From NCBI GenBank assembly GCA_029782215.1, contig JAKOVD010000079.1:82729-146728 (forward strand): a DNA stretch of 64,000 nucleotides, read 5' to 3'. Both the position numbers and the translations under genes were made by a program. The notes beneath the pieces were generated by a model. It saw only the letters and a program-made list of their open reading frames with translations. It was not told where the DNA came from and ran no database searches. The DNA comes from Chloroflexota bacterium (GTDB lineage: Bacteria; Chloroflexota; Anaerolineae; J102). How positions within the stretch are numbered: position 1 is the first letter of the stretch; the number at the start of each line of letters is the position of its first letter. Below, piece after piece: positions 30,616 to 40,421 of this stretch.

Positions 30616-31118
30616 GAGGAATCTCCATCAACAGTGAGTGTGGTAATCGCAGCGGTTATCTGAGCGGGGGTGAAGGGTGAGCTGGGCTCCTGCGCCGCTG
30701 CGGGGACCTCGCGTTCCCGGATGGCAGCGGCAAGATCGGCGATCGTATGGTAAGAGAGCGCAGCAGCCATGGCGCCCTTGGCCTCGGCCAGCGCCGGCGC
30801 CAGAACCGCATGGATGTTCCGCCCGCACAGGCAGAGGGGGTTGGGCGTCCCGGCGGGCTCGCCGAAGAGGCCTGGTTGGGCCGTCGCCCGATAGACATCG
30901 AGCAGCGTGATCTCAGCGGCAGGACGGACCAGACTGGCGCCGCCCTCGGCCCCCAAATGGCCCTGGGTGAGGCCGGCGTGACTGAGCAGGCGCAGCAGCC
31001 GCCGGATCACCACCGGGTTCGTGTTGACGCTGCCGGCGATGGCCTGCGACGGCAAGGGGCCGTCGGCCAGGGCCAGCAGGGTAAGAACGTGGACGGCGAC
31101 AGAGAAGCGGGAGTTCAT
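30612..31118 (-). CDS. Rrf2-family transcriptional regulator
   Basis: Start at ATG 31118 (MNSRFSVAVHVLTLLALADGPLPSQAIAGSVNTNPVVIRRLLRLL), a winged-helix Rrf2 N-terminus. C-x-C in NPLCLCG. Confidence 0.85.
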   Translation of the reverse strand: MNSRFSVAVHVLTLLALADGPLPSQAIAGSVNTNPVVIRRLLRLLSHAGLTQGHLGAEGGASLVRPAAEITLLDVYRATAQPGLFGEPAGTPNPLCLCGRNIHAVLAPALAEAKGAMAAALSYHTIADLAAAIREREVPAAAQEPSSPFTPAQITAAITTLTVDGDSS

Positions 31119-31128
31119 GGCTGAATAC

Positions 31129-31157
31129 GGAAATGTAATCATCATTATTACATTTCC
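31129..31157. promoter_or_regulatory. AT-rich 11-7-11 perfect inverted repeat, candidate Rrf2 operator
   Basis: GGAAATGTAAT (31129..31139), catcatt, ATTACATTTCC (31147..31157). It lies 11-39 nt upstream of the Rrf2 start, in the Rrf2/ppc divergent region. Conspicuously AT-rich for this genome. Confidence 0.45.
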
Positions 31158-31321
31158 CCAAGTCGTCGGTAGCGGCGATCGCAGTGCCCGTGGACAAGGC
31201 TGGGGGAAAAGTAAGTACGGTCATGGACGGACCGCATTGATCCGATCACACTTCCGAAAGATGTTGCCAGCACACTCACTCTGTCATTCAGCCTTTTATC
31301 CTCTCCAGAGGTGCCCCCCCA

Positions 31322-34069
31322 ATGACCCCCGATTCTCTAAGCGCCCAAATTCATCTGCTCGGCGACATGCTGGGCCAGATCATCATCGAACAGGAAGGAC
31401 CGGAGGTCTATGACCTGGTCGAACACATCCGTGGTTTGGCCAAGGCCCATCGGGGCGGCGACAGGGAGGCAGGCGAGGCCCTGCTGGCGCTGATCGAGTC
31501 GCTGCCGCGCGAGCGCGGCCAGGTGGTCGTCAAGGCCTTTTCCTCTTACTTCCAGTTGGTCAACCTTGCCGAGGAAGAGGAGCGCGTGCGCACGCTCAGG
31601 CAGCGGGCGTGGCACGCCTCCGAAAACGGCGTCCCCATGCCGGAGACCGTCGCGGCGGCGCTGCTGCACCTGCGCCAGGCCGGGCTGGAGGCCGCAGATG
31701 TCCAGGCGCTGCTCGATCGCCTGGCGATCCTGCCGGTGATCACGGCGCATCCGACCGAGGCCAAGCGCCGCACGGTGCTGATCAAGCTGGCGAGGATCAG
31801 CCAGAACCTGCACCGGCTGGACATTCACGCCCTGACGCCGGCGGAGCGGCGCGAGACCCTGGACGCCATCGCCGAGGAGGTGACCTCGTTGTGGCAGACG
31901 GAGGCCACGCGCAGCCGGCAGATGACGGTCCTGGACGAGGTCCGCAACGCCCTCTACTACGTCGAACACACCCTGTTCGATCTGTTCCCCACCGTCATCG
32001 GCGAGGTGAAGAGGGCGGCAGCAGAGCAGTACCCGGGACATGCGTTCACCATCCCGCCCTTTCTGCGCCTGGGAAGCTGGGTGGGCGGCGACAGGGACGG
32101 CAACCCCTTTGTCACCCCCGCGATCACGGAGCAGACGCTGCGCATGCAGAAAGACCTGGTCCTGCGCCTGTACATGCGCGCCATCGACGGCATGTATGGG
32201 CTGCTCAGCTCCTCGGACCGCTTTGGCATCTCGCAGGAACTGGAGGAAAGCCTGGCCCAGGATCACAAGCTCTTCCCCTCCGAGGCCGCCTCTTTCCAGC
32301 AGCGCTATCCGCGCCAGCCCTACCGCCAGAAGATGGCTTTTGTGTACCGCAAGCTCCAGGCCACGGCCGAGGGCAACCGCCGGCCGTGGCGCGCCGACCG
32401 TCTGGCGCACCCCGACGAATACGCGTCCGCCGAGGACTTCGTGGCCGAACTGGAGCTCATGGCTGACAGCCTTTGCTGCCATCGGGGGGAGCGCCTGGCC
32501 GAAGGACACCTGAACACCCTGATCGTCCAGGCGCGCACCTTTGGCTTTCACCTGGCGACGCTCGACATCCGCCAGCATTCCGAACGCCACCGCCTGGCCC
32601 TGGCTGAGATCCTGGGCCGGTACGGATTGGGTGGCGGCTGGCTGGACATGCCCGAAGCAGAGCGCATGGCCGTCCTGACCCAGGAGCTGCTGCTTGCGCG
32701 TCCCCTGACGCCGGTATGGCTTGACTACAGCGAGGCCACCAACGAAACGGTCGATCTGTTACGCTTGATCCGCAAAGCCCACACGCGTCTTGGCGCCGCC
32801 GCCATCGACAGCTACATCATCAGCATGACCAAGGGACCGAGCGATGTCCTTTCAGCCCTGCTCCTGGCCAGCGATGCCGGCTGTGCCCCGTGCCTGGACA
32901 TTGTGCCCCTGTTCGAAACCGTGGCCGACCTGACCGCTGCGCCCCAGACTCTGGAGGCGCTGCTCCAGAATCCCGCCTATGTCCGCCACCTGGAAAAGCG
33001 CGGGCGCCGGCAGCAGGTCATGATCGGCTACAGTGATTCCAACAAGGACGGCGGTTACCTGGCCGCCAATTGGGAGCTTTACCAGGCGCAGCGCGCCCTG
33101 GCGGCCGTATGCGACCGGCACGGCGTCACCCTGACGGTGTTTCACGGTCGCGGCGGCACGACCGGTCGCGGCGGCGGTCCCACCAACCGCGCCATCCTGG
33201 CCCATCCGCCTGGCGTCATGCGCGGCCGCATCAAGCTCACGGAGCAGGGCGAGGTGGTCTCGGACCGCTTCTCGAATCGGGCCCTGGCGCACCGCTACCT
33301 GGAGCAGATCACGCACGCCGTCCTGATCGCTGCCTCTCGCTCTGCCGACTTGGGCGACCCCCGGCAGGCGGAGTGGGAGGGGACGATGGCGGCCCTGGCG
33401 GCCTTGGCTGAGGCAGCCTATCGCCGCCTGGTGCACGAAACGCCGGAGCTGATGAGCTACTTCCATGCCGCCACGCCCATCGATGAGATCGGCCGGCTCA
33501 ACATCGGCAGCCGTCCGGCCCGGCGCAAGGCCACTGGCCGCATCGAGGACCTGCGGGCGATTCCCTGGGTCTTTGCCTGGACCCAGGCGCGCGTCAACCT
33601 GCCCGGCTGGTATGGCATCGGCGCTGCCCTGACCGAGTGGGCGGGCGCGGACGAGGCGGCCTGGGACAAGCTGGCGGCCATGTACCGCGGCTGGACCTTC
33701 TTCCAGACCCTGATCGACAACTCGCAGATGTCGATGTGCAAGGCCGACATACTCATTGCCGGAGTGTATTCGCACCTGGCGCCCCCTGAGGTCCGGGAAG
33801 TCGTGTTCCCCCAGCTTCGGGCCGAGTATGAGCGCACCAAGCGGGCCATGCTGCGCCTCACAGGCCAGCAGGCGCTGCTCGACAATGAATCCTGGTTACA
33901 GCACTCGATACGCGTCCGCAATCCTTACGTGGACCCCATGAACTATGTGCAGGTGGCGATGCTCAGGCGCCTGCGTCACGCCGCCGACGGAGGGCAGGGG
34001 GAAGCCGATCGCGCCACCCTGCTGCTCAGCGTCAACGGCATCGCCGCCGGGCTGCGCAATACAGGGTAG
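31322..34069 (+). CDS. ppc: Phosphoenolpyruvate carboxylase
   Basis: 915 aa. VITAHPTEAKRRTVL, GYSDSNKDGGYL and C-terminal GLRNTG. Confidence 0.97.
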   Translation: MTPDSLSAQIHLLGDMLGQIIIEQEGPEVYDLVEHIRGLAKAHRGGDREAGEALLALIESLPRERGQVVVKAFSSYFQLVNLAEEEERVRTLRQRAWHASENGVPMPETVAAALLHLRQAGLEAADVQALLDRLAILPVITAHPTEAKRRTVLIKLARISQNLHRLDIHALTPAERRETLDAIAEEVTSLWQTEATRSRQMTVLDEVRNALYYVEHTLFDLFPTVIGEVKRAAAEQYPGHAFTIPPFLRLGSWVGGDRDGNPFVTPAITEQTLRMQKDLVLRLYMRAIDGMYGLLSSSDRFGISQELEESLAQDHKLFPSEAASFQQRYPRQPYRQKMAFVYRKLQATAEGNRRPWRADRLAHPDEYASAEDFVAELELMADSLCCHRGERLAEGHLNTLIVQARTFGFHLATLDIRQHSERHRLALAEILGRYGLGGGWLDMPEAERMAVLTQELLLARPLTPVWLDYSEATNETVDLLRLIRKAHTRLGAAAIDSYIISMTKGPSDVLSALLLASDAGCAPCLDIVPLFETVADLTAAPQTLEALLQNPAYVRHLEKRGRRQQVMIGYSDSNKDGGYLAANWELYQAQRALAAVCDRHGVTLTVFHGRGGTTGRGGGPTNRAILAHPPGVMRGRIKLTEQGEVVSDRFSNRALAHRYLEQITHAVLIAASRSADLGDPRQAEWEGTMAALAALAEAAYRRLVHETPELMSYFHAATPIDEIGRLNIGSRPARRKATGRIEDLRAIPWVFAWTQARVNLPGWYGIGAALTEWAGADEAAWDKLAAMYRGWTFFQTLIDNSQMSMCKADILIAGVYSHLAPPEVREVVFPQLRAEYERTKRAMLRLTGQQALLDNESWLQHSIRVRNPYVDPMNYVQVAMLRRLRHAADGGQGEADRATLLLSVNGIAAGLRNTG

Positions 34070-34411
34070 GCGACCGCGGCGTTTCCTTATCCAGGACGCG
34101 CTTGTCGGAAGCGATTGTCTGCTGTTGCGAAAGCACAGCCTGACTGTAACACCCTCCCGTTGTCCCGTGAAGTTGTAGCGCGTCTCGCCCCAGGGCTCTC
34201 ATGCGAGCCGGCCGCGGTTGGCAGTCTTCCAGTGCGTTTGGGCGGTGCTGGAGGGACATCGTATACTTGAGGGGTTGCCCGCGCCGGCTGCGGGCAGATG
34301 GCTGTTAACTGGGTTGCGCTGCGGGCCAGCAACCAACATCGGGTTTTGCACCCTGCCGGTACGGCGACCGGGGCCCCTGTGTCTGTCCGGTCCGCTCTGT
34401 TCCCTTTTGTC

Positions 34412-36241
34412 ATGGCTGCGAACGATTCACCCACCGCTGTCGACCTGCAGGAGGTCATCACAGGCAGCCGCCTGCAAGGCCTCTGGCGGCTGATGGACGG
34501 ACAGAAGGCCCTCTATGTGGCGGCGATGCTGCTGCTGGGCTTTGCCGCGCTCTCCAAGACCGTCACCTATCTGCTGCTGCGCCGCTACGCCGACGACGTG
34601 TTGGGCAAGGGCGCCAGCGTGCAGGTGCTGCTCCTGTTCGGCGCCTCCTTCGTGCTCCTGGCCGTCGTGGAAGGCGCCCTCACCTTTGTCAGCGGACGCT
34701 GGACGGCGGAGACAGCCGAGCGCGTGGCCCAGCGCCTGCGCGACTACCTCTTCGACCACATCCAGCGCCTGACCTTCACCTACCACGACCGCATGCAGAC
34801 CGGCGAGCTGATCCAGCGCTGCACCTCCGACCTGGAGGCCGTACGCCGCTTCTATGCCGAGCAGGCCATCGGCATGGGGCGCATCGTCCTGCTCTTCGTC
34901 GTCAACTTCGCCGCCATCTGGTACCTGTCGCCGCAGTTGGCCTGGATCTCCGTCGTGGTTATCCCGATCCTGATCATCGTCTCCTACTTCTTCTTCCAGC
35001 GCGTTTCCGCGCGCTACGAGGTGTACCAGGAGCAGGAGGCGACGCTGACCACCGTGCTGCAGGAGAACCTGACCGGTGTGCGCGTGGTGAAGGCGTTTGC
35101 CCGCCAGGCCTACGAGCGCGACAAATTCGAGGAATCTAACTACACGAAGTTCCGCCGCGGGCAGCAGTTGATGCTCATGCACTCGCTGTACTGGCCGGCT
35201 TCCGATATCCTGGCGGGTCTGCAGATGGTGGCCGGGTTTACGATTGCGGCGGTCATGGCCATCAACGGGGTGATCACGCCCGGCACCTACCTGGCCTACG
35301 CCGGCATGCTCGTCTGGCTCATCTGGCCGATGCGCAACCTGGGCCGTCTGATCGTCCAGACCTCCACCGGCCTGGTGTCGTTCCACCGGGTGAGCGAGAT
35401 CATCCGCGAGCGCGAGGAGCCGCTGCAGCAGGGCAGCCACCATCCCGACCGGCCGCTGCGCGGCGAGATCGTGTTCCGGGACGTGAGCTTCTCATACCAG
35501 GGCAGCGACGCCGCCGTGCTGCGCGGGATCAGCTTCCGCTGTGCGCCGGGGCAGACGGTGGCCCTGCTGGGCTCGACCGGGTCGGGCAAGACCTCCCTGG
35601 TCAATCTGCTGCCGCGCTTCTATGATTACCTGGGCGGCAGCATCACCCTGGACGGCGTCGAGCTGAAGGAGTACCCGCGCGCCTATCTGCGCAGCCAGAT
35701 CGGCAGCGTCGAACAGGAGCCGTTCCTTTTCTCCCGGACGATCCGCGAGAACATCGCCTACGGCGTGCCCCACCCGGTGACCGAGGCAGAGGTCATCGCC
35801 GCCGCCCGCGCCGCCGCTATCCACGACAGCATCGTTGCGTTTCCCGAGGGCTACAACACCCTGGTGGGAGAGAAGGGCATCACCCTATCCGGCGGGCAGA
35901 AACAGCGCGTGGCCATCGCCCGCGCCATCCTGCGCAACCCCGCCATTCTCATCCTGGACGACGCCACTTCTTCGGTTGACACCGAGACCGAGGGTGAGAT
36001 CCGCGAGGCGCTGCAGCGGCTGAAGACCGGCCGCACCACCTTTATCATCGCCCACCGCATCCAGACGGTGATGAGCGCCGACCTCATCCTGGTGCTTGAC
36101 AAGGGCGAGATCGTGCAGTGCGGCGACCACGCCGGGCTGGTGGCGCAGCCGGGCATCTACCGCCGCATCTACGACGTGCAAACCGCCATCGAGGATGCGC
36201 TGGAAAAAGAACTGGCCGGGGCCGCACCCGTGATGAGCTGA
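34412..36241 (+). CDS. ABC exporter, fused permease/ATPase (heterodimer subunit 1)
   Basis: Six-TM domain, Walker A GSTGSGKTS, signature LSGGQKQRVAIARA. Preferred start is ATG 34412 (MAANDSPTAV...), while the track start is 34298. Confidence 0.88.
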   Translation: MAANDSPTAVDLQEVITGSRLQGLWRLMDGQKALYVAAMLLLGFAALSKTVTYLLLRRYADDVLGKGASVQVLLLFGASFVLLAVVEGALTFVSGRWTAETAERVAQRLRDYLFDHIQRLTFTYHDRMQTGELIQRCTSDLEAVRRFYAEQAIGMGRIVLLFVVNFAAIWYLSPQLAWISVVVIPILIIVSYFFFQRVSARYEVYQEQEATLTTVLQENLTGVRVVKAFARQAYERDKFEESNYTKFRRGQQLMLMHSLYWPASDILAGLQMVAGFTIAAVMAINGVITPGTYLAYAGMLVWLIWPMRNLGRLIVQTSTGLVSFHRVSEIIREREEPLQQGSHHPDRPLRGEIVFRDVSFSYQGSDAAVLRGISFRCAPGQTVALLGSTGSGKTSLVNLLPRFYDYLGGSITLDGVELKEYPRAYLRSQIGSVEQEPFLFSRTIRENIAYGVPHPVTEAEVIAAARAAAIHDSIVAFPEGYNTLVGEKGITLSGGQKQRVAIARAILRNPAILILDDATSSVDTETEGEIREALQRLKTGRTTFIIAHRIQTVMSADLILVLDKGEIVQCGDHAGLVAQPGIYRRIYDVQTAIEDALEKELAGAAPVMS

Positions 36242-36244
36242 GCC

Positions 36245-38071
36245 ATGGCAGACGATAGCTACGAATTCGAAGAAGAGGAATTTACAACCGATTTCAACGG
36301 CCAGACGCTGTGGCGCACGTTGGCGCAGCTCCGGCCGCACTGGCTGATGACGGCGGGCTTCCTGGCCGCCATCACCATCGTTTCGGCGCTGGATTCCTAC
36401 TTCACCTATCTCAGCAAGCAGATCGTCGACACCGCCATCGTCCCCCAGGACATGAGCGCGCTCACGGCGTTGGTAACGCGCTACGCCAGCCTCATTGTCG
36501 TGCAGGCGGCGGCGGTGTTCACGTTCATCTACCTGGCGGGCGTCCTGGGCGAGCGGGTGCAGTACGACATCCGCAAGAAGATGTTCAACCATCTGCAGGA
36601 CCTGTCGTTCTCCTACTACGACCGCACCCCTGTGGGCTGGCTGATGGCTCGCCTGACCTCCGATTCGGAGCGCATTTCCTGGCTGGTGAGCTGGGGCTTG
36701 ATCGATGTGACTTGGGCCGTGATGAACATCACCACCGCCCTCTATTTCATGGTCCGGATCAACTGGCAACTGGCGCTCATCGTCCTGGCCATCCTGCCGA
36801 TCCTGTTCGTCGTGGCCGTCTGGTTCAAGAAGCGCATCCTGGTGCAGTACCGCACGGTGCGCAAAGTGAACTCCAGGATCACCGGTTCGTATAACGAAAA
36901 CATCACCGGCGTGCGGGTGGTCAAGGCGCTGGGACGCGAAGATGCCAACCTGGGCGAGTTCGCGGACCTGTCGAGCCAGCGCTACGAATCCGGCTACCGC
37001 GCGGCGTGGCTGTCGGCCCTGTTCCTGCCGGCGGTGCAGATCATCAGCGCCTGCGCCGTGGGCGCCGTGGTCATCGTCGGCGGCTTCCAGGCCGAGTATG
37101 GGACGATGACCATCGGCGGCATCATGGCCTTCGTCACCTACATCACCTTCATGATGTGGCCGATCCAGGACCTGGCCCGCGTCTACTCGGAGATGCAGCA
37201 GGCGATCGCCTCGGCCGAGCGCGTCTTCTCGCTGATCGACGCCGTGCCGGAGGTGCAGGACACGTCCGGAGCCCTCGACCCCGGCACACTGGCGGCGGAC
37301 ATCGTGTTCGACCACGTCGACTTCTACTACGACCCTGCCAAGCCGGTGCTGTCCGACTTCTCGCTGCACGTGCGGCGGGGCGAAACCATCGCCCTGGTCG
37401 GTCCCACGGGCGCCGGCAAGTCCACGGTCATCAACCTACTCTGCCGGTTCTACGAGCCGCGGCGCGGGGTGATTCGGATTGGCGACCACGACTATACGTC
37501 GCTCAGCCTGGAGGGCATCCAGTCCCGGCTGGGCATCGTCCTGCAGACGCCGCACCTCTTCTCGGGCACGGTGCTGGAGAACATCCGCTACGGGCGGCTG
37601 GACGCGACGGATGCCGAGGTCGAGGAGGCGGCGAAGCTGGCCGGCGCCCATGACTTCATCGCCCCCCTCGACAAGGGCTACGCCACCCAGGTGGGCGAGG
37701 GCGGCGTGCTGCTGTCGGTGGGGCAGAAGCAGCTCATCAGCCTGGCGCGGGCCATCCTGGCCCGGCCCGACATCTTCATCATGGACGAGGCCACCAGCTC
37801 GGTGGATACCCTGACCGAGGCCCTGATCCAGCGGGGCATGGAGCAGATCATGGCCGGGCGCACCAGCATCGTCATCGCCCACCGCCTGTCCACCATCCGC
37901 CGCGCCGACCGCATCATCGTGCTGGACGGCGGCCGCATCGCCGAGATGGGCAGCCACGCCGAGCTGATCCGGCGCCGCGGGCAGTACTACCGGCTCTACA
38001 CGCGCCAGTTCCGGCACGAGATGGAAGCGCAGTTCAACCACCTGGACGACTTGCAGCCGGTCCTGGTCTGA
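36245..38071 (+). CDS. ABC exporter, fused permease/ATPase (heterodimer subunit 2)
   Basis: Walker A GPTGAGKST, signature LSVGQKQLISLARA. Starts 3 nt after the subunit 1 stop. Confidence 0.9.
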   Translation: MADDSYEFEEEEFTTDFNGQTLWRTLAQLRPHWLMTAGFLAAITIVSALDSYFTYLSKQIVDTAIVPQDMSALTALVTRYASLIVVQAAAVFTFIYLAGVLGERVQYDIRKKMFNHLQDLSFSYYDRTPVGWLMARLTSDSERISWLVSWGLIDVTWAVMNITTALYFMVRINWQLALIVLAILPILFVVAVWFKKRILVQYRTVRKVNSRITGSYNENITGVRVVKALGREDANLGEFADLSSQRYESGYRAAWLSALFLPAVQIISACAVGAVVIVGGFQAEYGTMTIGGIMAFVTYITFMMWPIQDLARVYSEMQQAIASAERVFSLIDAVPEVQDTSGALDPGTLAADIVFDHVDFYYDPAKPVLSDFSLHVRRGETIALVGPTGAGKSTVINLLCRFYEPRRGVIRIGDHDYTSLSLEGIQSRLGIVLQTPHLFSGTVLENIRYGRLDATDAEVEEAAKLAGAHDFIAPLDKGYATQVGEGGVLLSVGQKQLISLARAILARPDIFIMDEATSSVDTLTEALIQRGMEQIMAGRTSIVIAHRLSTIRRADRIIVLDGGRIAEMGSHAELIRRRGQYYRLYTRQFRHEMEAQFNHLDDLQPVLV

Positions 38072-38081
38072 GAGCCGAGCG

Positions 38082-39338
38082 ATGGCCCTGGCGCGCGCCA
38101 CCCAGCGCATTCAGCGCACCTACGGCGAGTACCCCCAGCAGTTCTGGATCCTGATGGGGGCCACGTTCATCGACCGCCTGGGCGGCGCCCTGCTCTTTCC
38201 CTTCTTCACGCTCTACGTCACGGCCCGTTACGGCGTGAGCATGACGACGGTGGGGCTGATCTTCGGCGTCTTCTCGATCAGCAGTGTCGTGGGCAGCAGC
38301 ATCGGCGGCGCCCTGACGGACCGCTTGGGGCGCAAGTGGATGCTGATCTTCGGCCTGGTCACCAGCGCCACGATCACCCTCTTGATGGGCCTGGCGCCCA
38401 CGCTGCCCCTGTTCCTGGTGGCGGCGGTGGCGTCGGGGCTGTTGGCAGACACAGGCGGCCCCGCCCAGCAGGCCATGGTGGCGGACCTGCTGCCCGAGGG
38501 CAAGCGGGCCGAGGGCTACGGCGTCCAGCGGGTGGTGGCGAACCTGGCGGTCGTGATCGGCCCGGCCGTGGGCGGGCTCATGGCCACGCGCTCCTATCTG
38601 TCGCTGTTCATCACCGACGCCATCGCCAGCACGATCACGGCCTTCATCGTCCTGCGCTTCCTGGCGGAGTCGATGCCGCAGCGCAGCGAGGAGGAAGCGC
38701 ACGAGAGCATGTGGCAGACCTTCCGCGGTTACGGCGTCGCCCTGCAGGACAAGGTCATGCTGGTGTTCCTGGTCGCCAGCATCCTGACCGTGCTGGCCTA
38801 CATGCAGATGAACACCACCCTGTCCGTCTATCTGCGGGACCAGCACGGCGTGCCGCCGCGGGGCTTTGGCCTGCTGCTCAGCATGAATGCCGCCATGGTA
38901 GTGCTCTTCCAGTTCTGGATCACGCGGCAACTGCGCGGCCGGCCCCGCTTCCTGATGATGACCCTGGGCGTGCTGCTCTACGCCATCGGCTTTGGCATGT
39001 ACGGCTTCGTGGGCACCTACCCGCTGTTCGTCATGGCGATGGTGATCATCACCCTGGGCGAGATGGTGGCGGTGCCGATGTCACAGGCCATCGTCGCCCG
39101 GCTCTCGCCGGAGGCCATGCGCGGCCGCTATATGGCCGTGTACGGGCTGAGCTGGATCATCCCGACCGCCCTGGGCACGCTGCTGGCCGGGCTGATCATG
39201 GACAACCTCAACCCGGCCTGGGTGTGGTACGGCGCCTGCGCCTGCTGTGTGGCCGCCGCCGCGATCTACCTGGGGATGTCGCGCTGGGTGGGGGAATCGG
39301 CGACGGCGGGCGAAGGACCGCTGACCGCAGAGGGGTGA
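38082..39338 (+). CDS. MFS transporter
   Basis: 418 aa, 12 predicted TM segments, motif GGALTDRLGRKWM between TM2 and TM3. Confidence 0.85.
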   Translation: MALARATQRIQRTYGEYPQQFWILMGATFIDRLGGALLFPFFTLYVTARYGVSMTTVGLIFGVFSISSVVGSSIGGALTDRLGRKWMLIFGLVTSATITLLMGLAPTLPLFLVAAVASGLLADTGGPAQQAMVADLLPEGKRAEGYGVQRVVANLAVVIGPAVGGLMATRSYLSLFITDAIASTITAFIVLRFLAESMPQRSEEEAHESMWQTFRGYGVALQDKVMLVFLVASILTVLAYMQMNTTLSVYLRDQHGVPPRGFGLLLSMNAAMVVLFQFWITRQLRGRPRFLMMTLGVLLYAIGFGMYGFVGTYPLFVMAMVIITLGEMVAVPMSQAIVARLSPEAMRGRYMAVYGLSWIIPTALGTLLAGLIMDNLNPAWVWYGACACCVAAAAIYLGMSRWVGESATAGEGPLTAEG

Positions 39339-39347
39339 GAGAGGGGT

Positions 39348-39372
39348 GCAACGCACTTCCAAAGTGCGTCGC
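39348..39372. terminator. Hairpin after the MFS stop
   Basis: gcaACGCACTtccaaAGTGCGTcgc, a 7-bp perfect core extendable to 10 bp with one mismatch. No U-tract. Confidence 0.3.
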
Positions 39373-39434
39373 ACCTGGCACTGGGCGTTGCGAGCGCCGT
39401 TGGCCGCGTCCTGCTTGGTCCCGGCGCCAGCGCT

Positions 39435-39501
39435 GTTCGGTAGTGCTCGCCGGCAATCGCCGTCACCACCCCGTCCACGTCCATCAGCACCGTCGCCGTC
39501 G
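39435..39501 (-). repeat. RHS/YD-repeat core fragment, copy A (degenerate)
   Basis: About 93% identical over a 56-nt core to 40523..40578. Encodes VLMDVDGVVTAIAGEHYRTA, preceded by an in-frame stop. The upstream DYLSDGDG is in another frame. Confidence 0.75.
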
Positions 39502-39578
39502 CTCAGATAGTCCTCACCACCGCTAGATGTGAAGGTTAAGTCCTGCAGTTCGCCAATGCTCCGAAGCGCCTGCCGAGA

Positions 39579-40421
39579 TCATATGAGCATAACCGGCTTC
39601 AAGGACACCCCTCGCCAGCCCTTGTCAAATATGAGTTGTGCTATCCGGCGCGAGATCAGAGTCTCTCGGAACGCCCTTTGGCCACTGCCGAACCACTCAT
39701 GAGTAAGCTGGAAATCGGTGCCGGCGACCAGGGCGGTTCTCTCAAGATGCATATAGCCCTTCTTGTGATAGCCGTACTTCGTGATGCCGCAGTATGGACA
39801 GGGCTCAGGCTGCAGCCGGTCCTGCTCAGCCAGGGCGGGCGCGGCCACATGAGGAAACAACAACTGCCAAACGACCGTGGAAGGCTGCTTGCTGCGATGG
39901 AGGATGGCATCCCACACCTCGTAGCCACGAATCTGGGATGCATCTAGCGAATCCAATACCCTGGAAGTGCAAAACAAGGAAAGGGTCCAGAATAGACTAA
40001 CGAAGTCTTTCTTACCCATCCTCGGCTCTTTGGCCAGGTGGAAAGGGGTAATTTGCCGATAACCGGTGCCACATTGGGGACATCTGTTCTGATAGGCGAT
40101 ATCCCTCCAACGCATTGTGGACTCAGGTTGCGGATATCCTTGCTTGAAGCTCGGCATCAACCTACTCCATTCGGCATTCAGAATTTCCTCAGGTGTAAAG
40201 ACGGTGTCGAACATGTCCAGCGCTCCCGTGCGCCGAATCATTTCGGCAAGGCGGGGCCATTCCGGGTCAGACTCACGGACATCGATGTGAAGCAGGTATC
40301 CGCCACCCGGAAGCAATCCTTTCTTGTATTTCACACCCAGGGCTGCAATTTCTGCGTCGACTTGATCCTTGTTACCGAATGTTAGACTGTGCCAGATTTC
40401 CATAAGTGTCCTACCTGTCAA
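39579..40421 (-). CDS. Double-CxxCG-motif protein (internally duplicated; immunity-protein-like)
   Basis: 280 aa. Two units, each CP(Q/Y)CG ... DF ... S-R ... G-x-x-x-x-P/W-V (CPQCG...KKDFVSLF...TSRVLDSL...RGYEVW and CPYCG...TDFQLTH...ISRRIAQLI...RGVSLKPV). GC about 45-55% on sampled lines. Confidence 0.45.
   Translation of the reverse strand: MTGRTLMEIWHSLTFGNKDQVDAEIAALGVKYKKGLLPGGGYLLHIDVRESDPEWPRLAEMIRRTGALDMFDTVFTPEEILNAEWSRLMPSFKQGYPQPESTMRWRDIAYQNRCPQCGTGYRQITPFHLAKEPRMGKKDFVSLFWTLSLFCTSRVLDSLDASQIRGYEVWDAILHRSKQPSTVVWQLLFPHVAAPALAEQDRLQPEPCPYCGITKYGYHKKGYMHLERTALVAGTDFQLTHEWFGSGQRAFRETLISRRIAQLIFDKGWRGVSLKPVMLI

Noticed and set aside
34070-34411. 340-nt non-coding stretch upstream of the ABC exporter, examined for a riboswitch or small RNA. 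Other intergenic gaps were examined for tRNA or other RNA genes.
   Set aside because: There are only short, weak stems (for example GCCCGC-N7-GCGGGC at about 34277..34295). I recognised no conserved riboswitch core or tRNA-like T-arm/anticodon structure. A covariance-model scan would be needed to exclude them.
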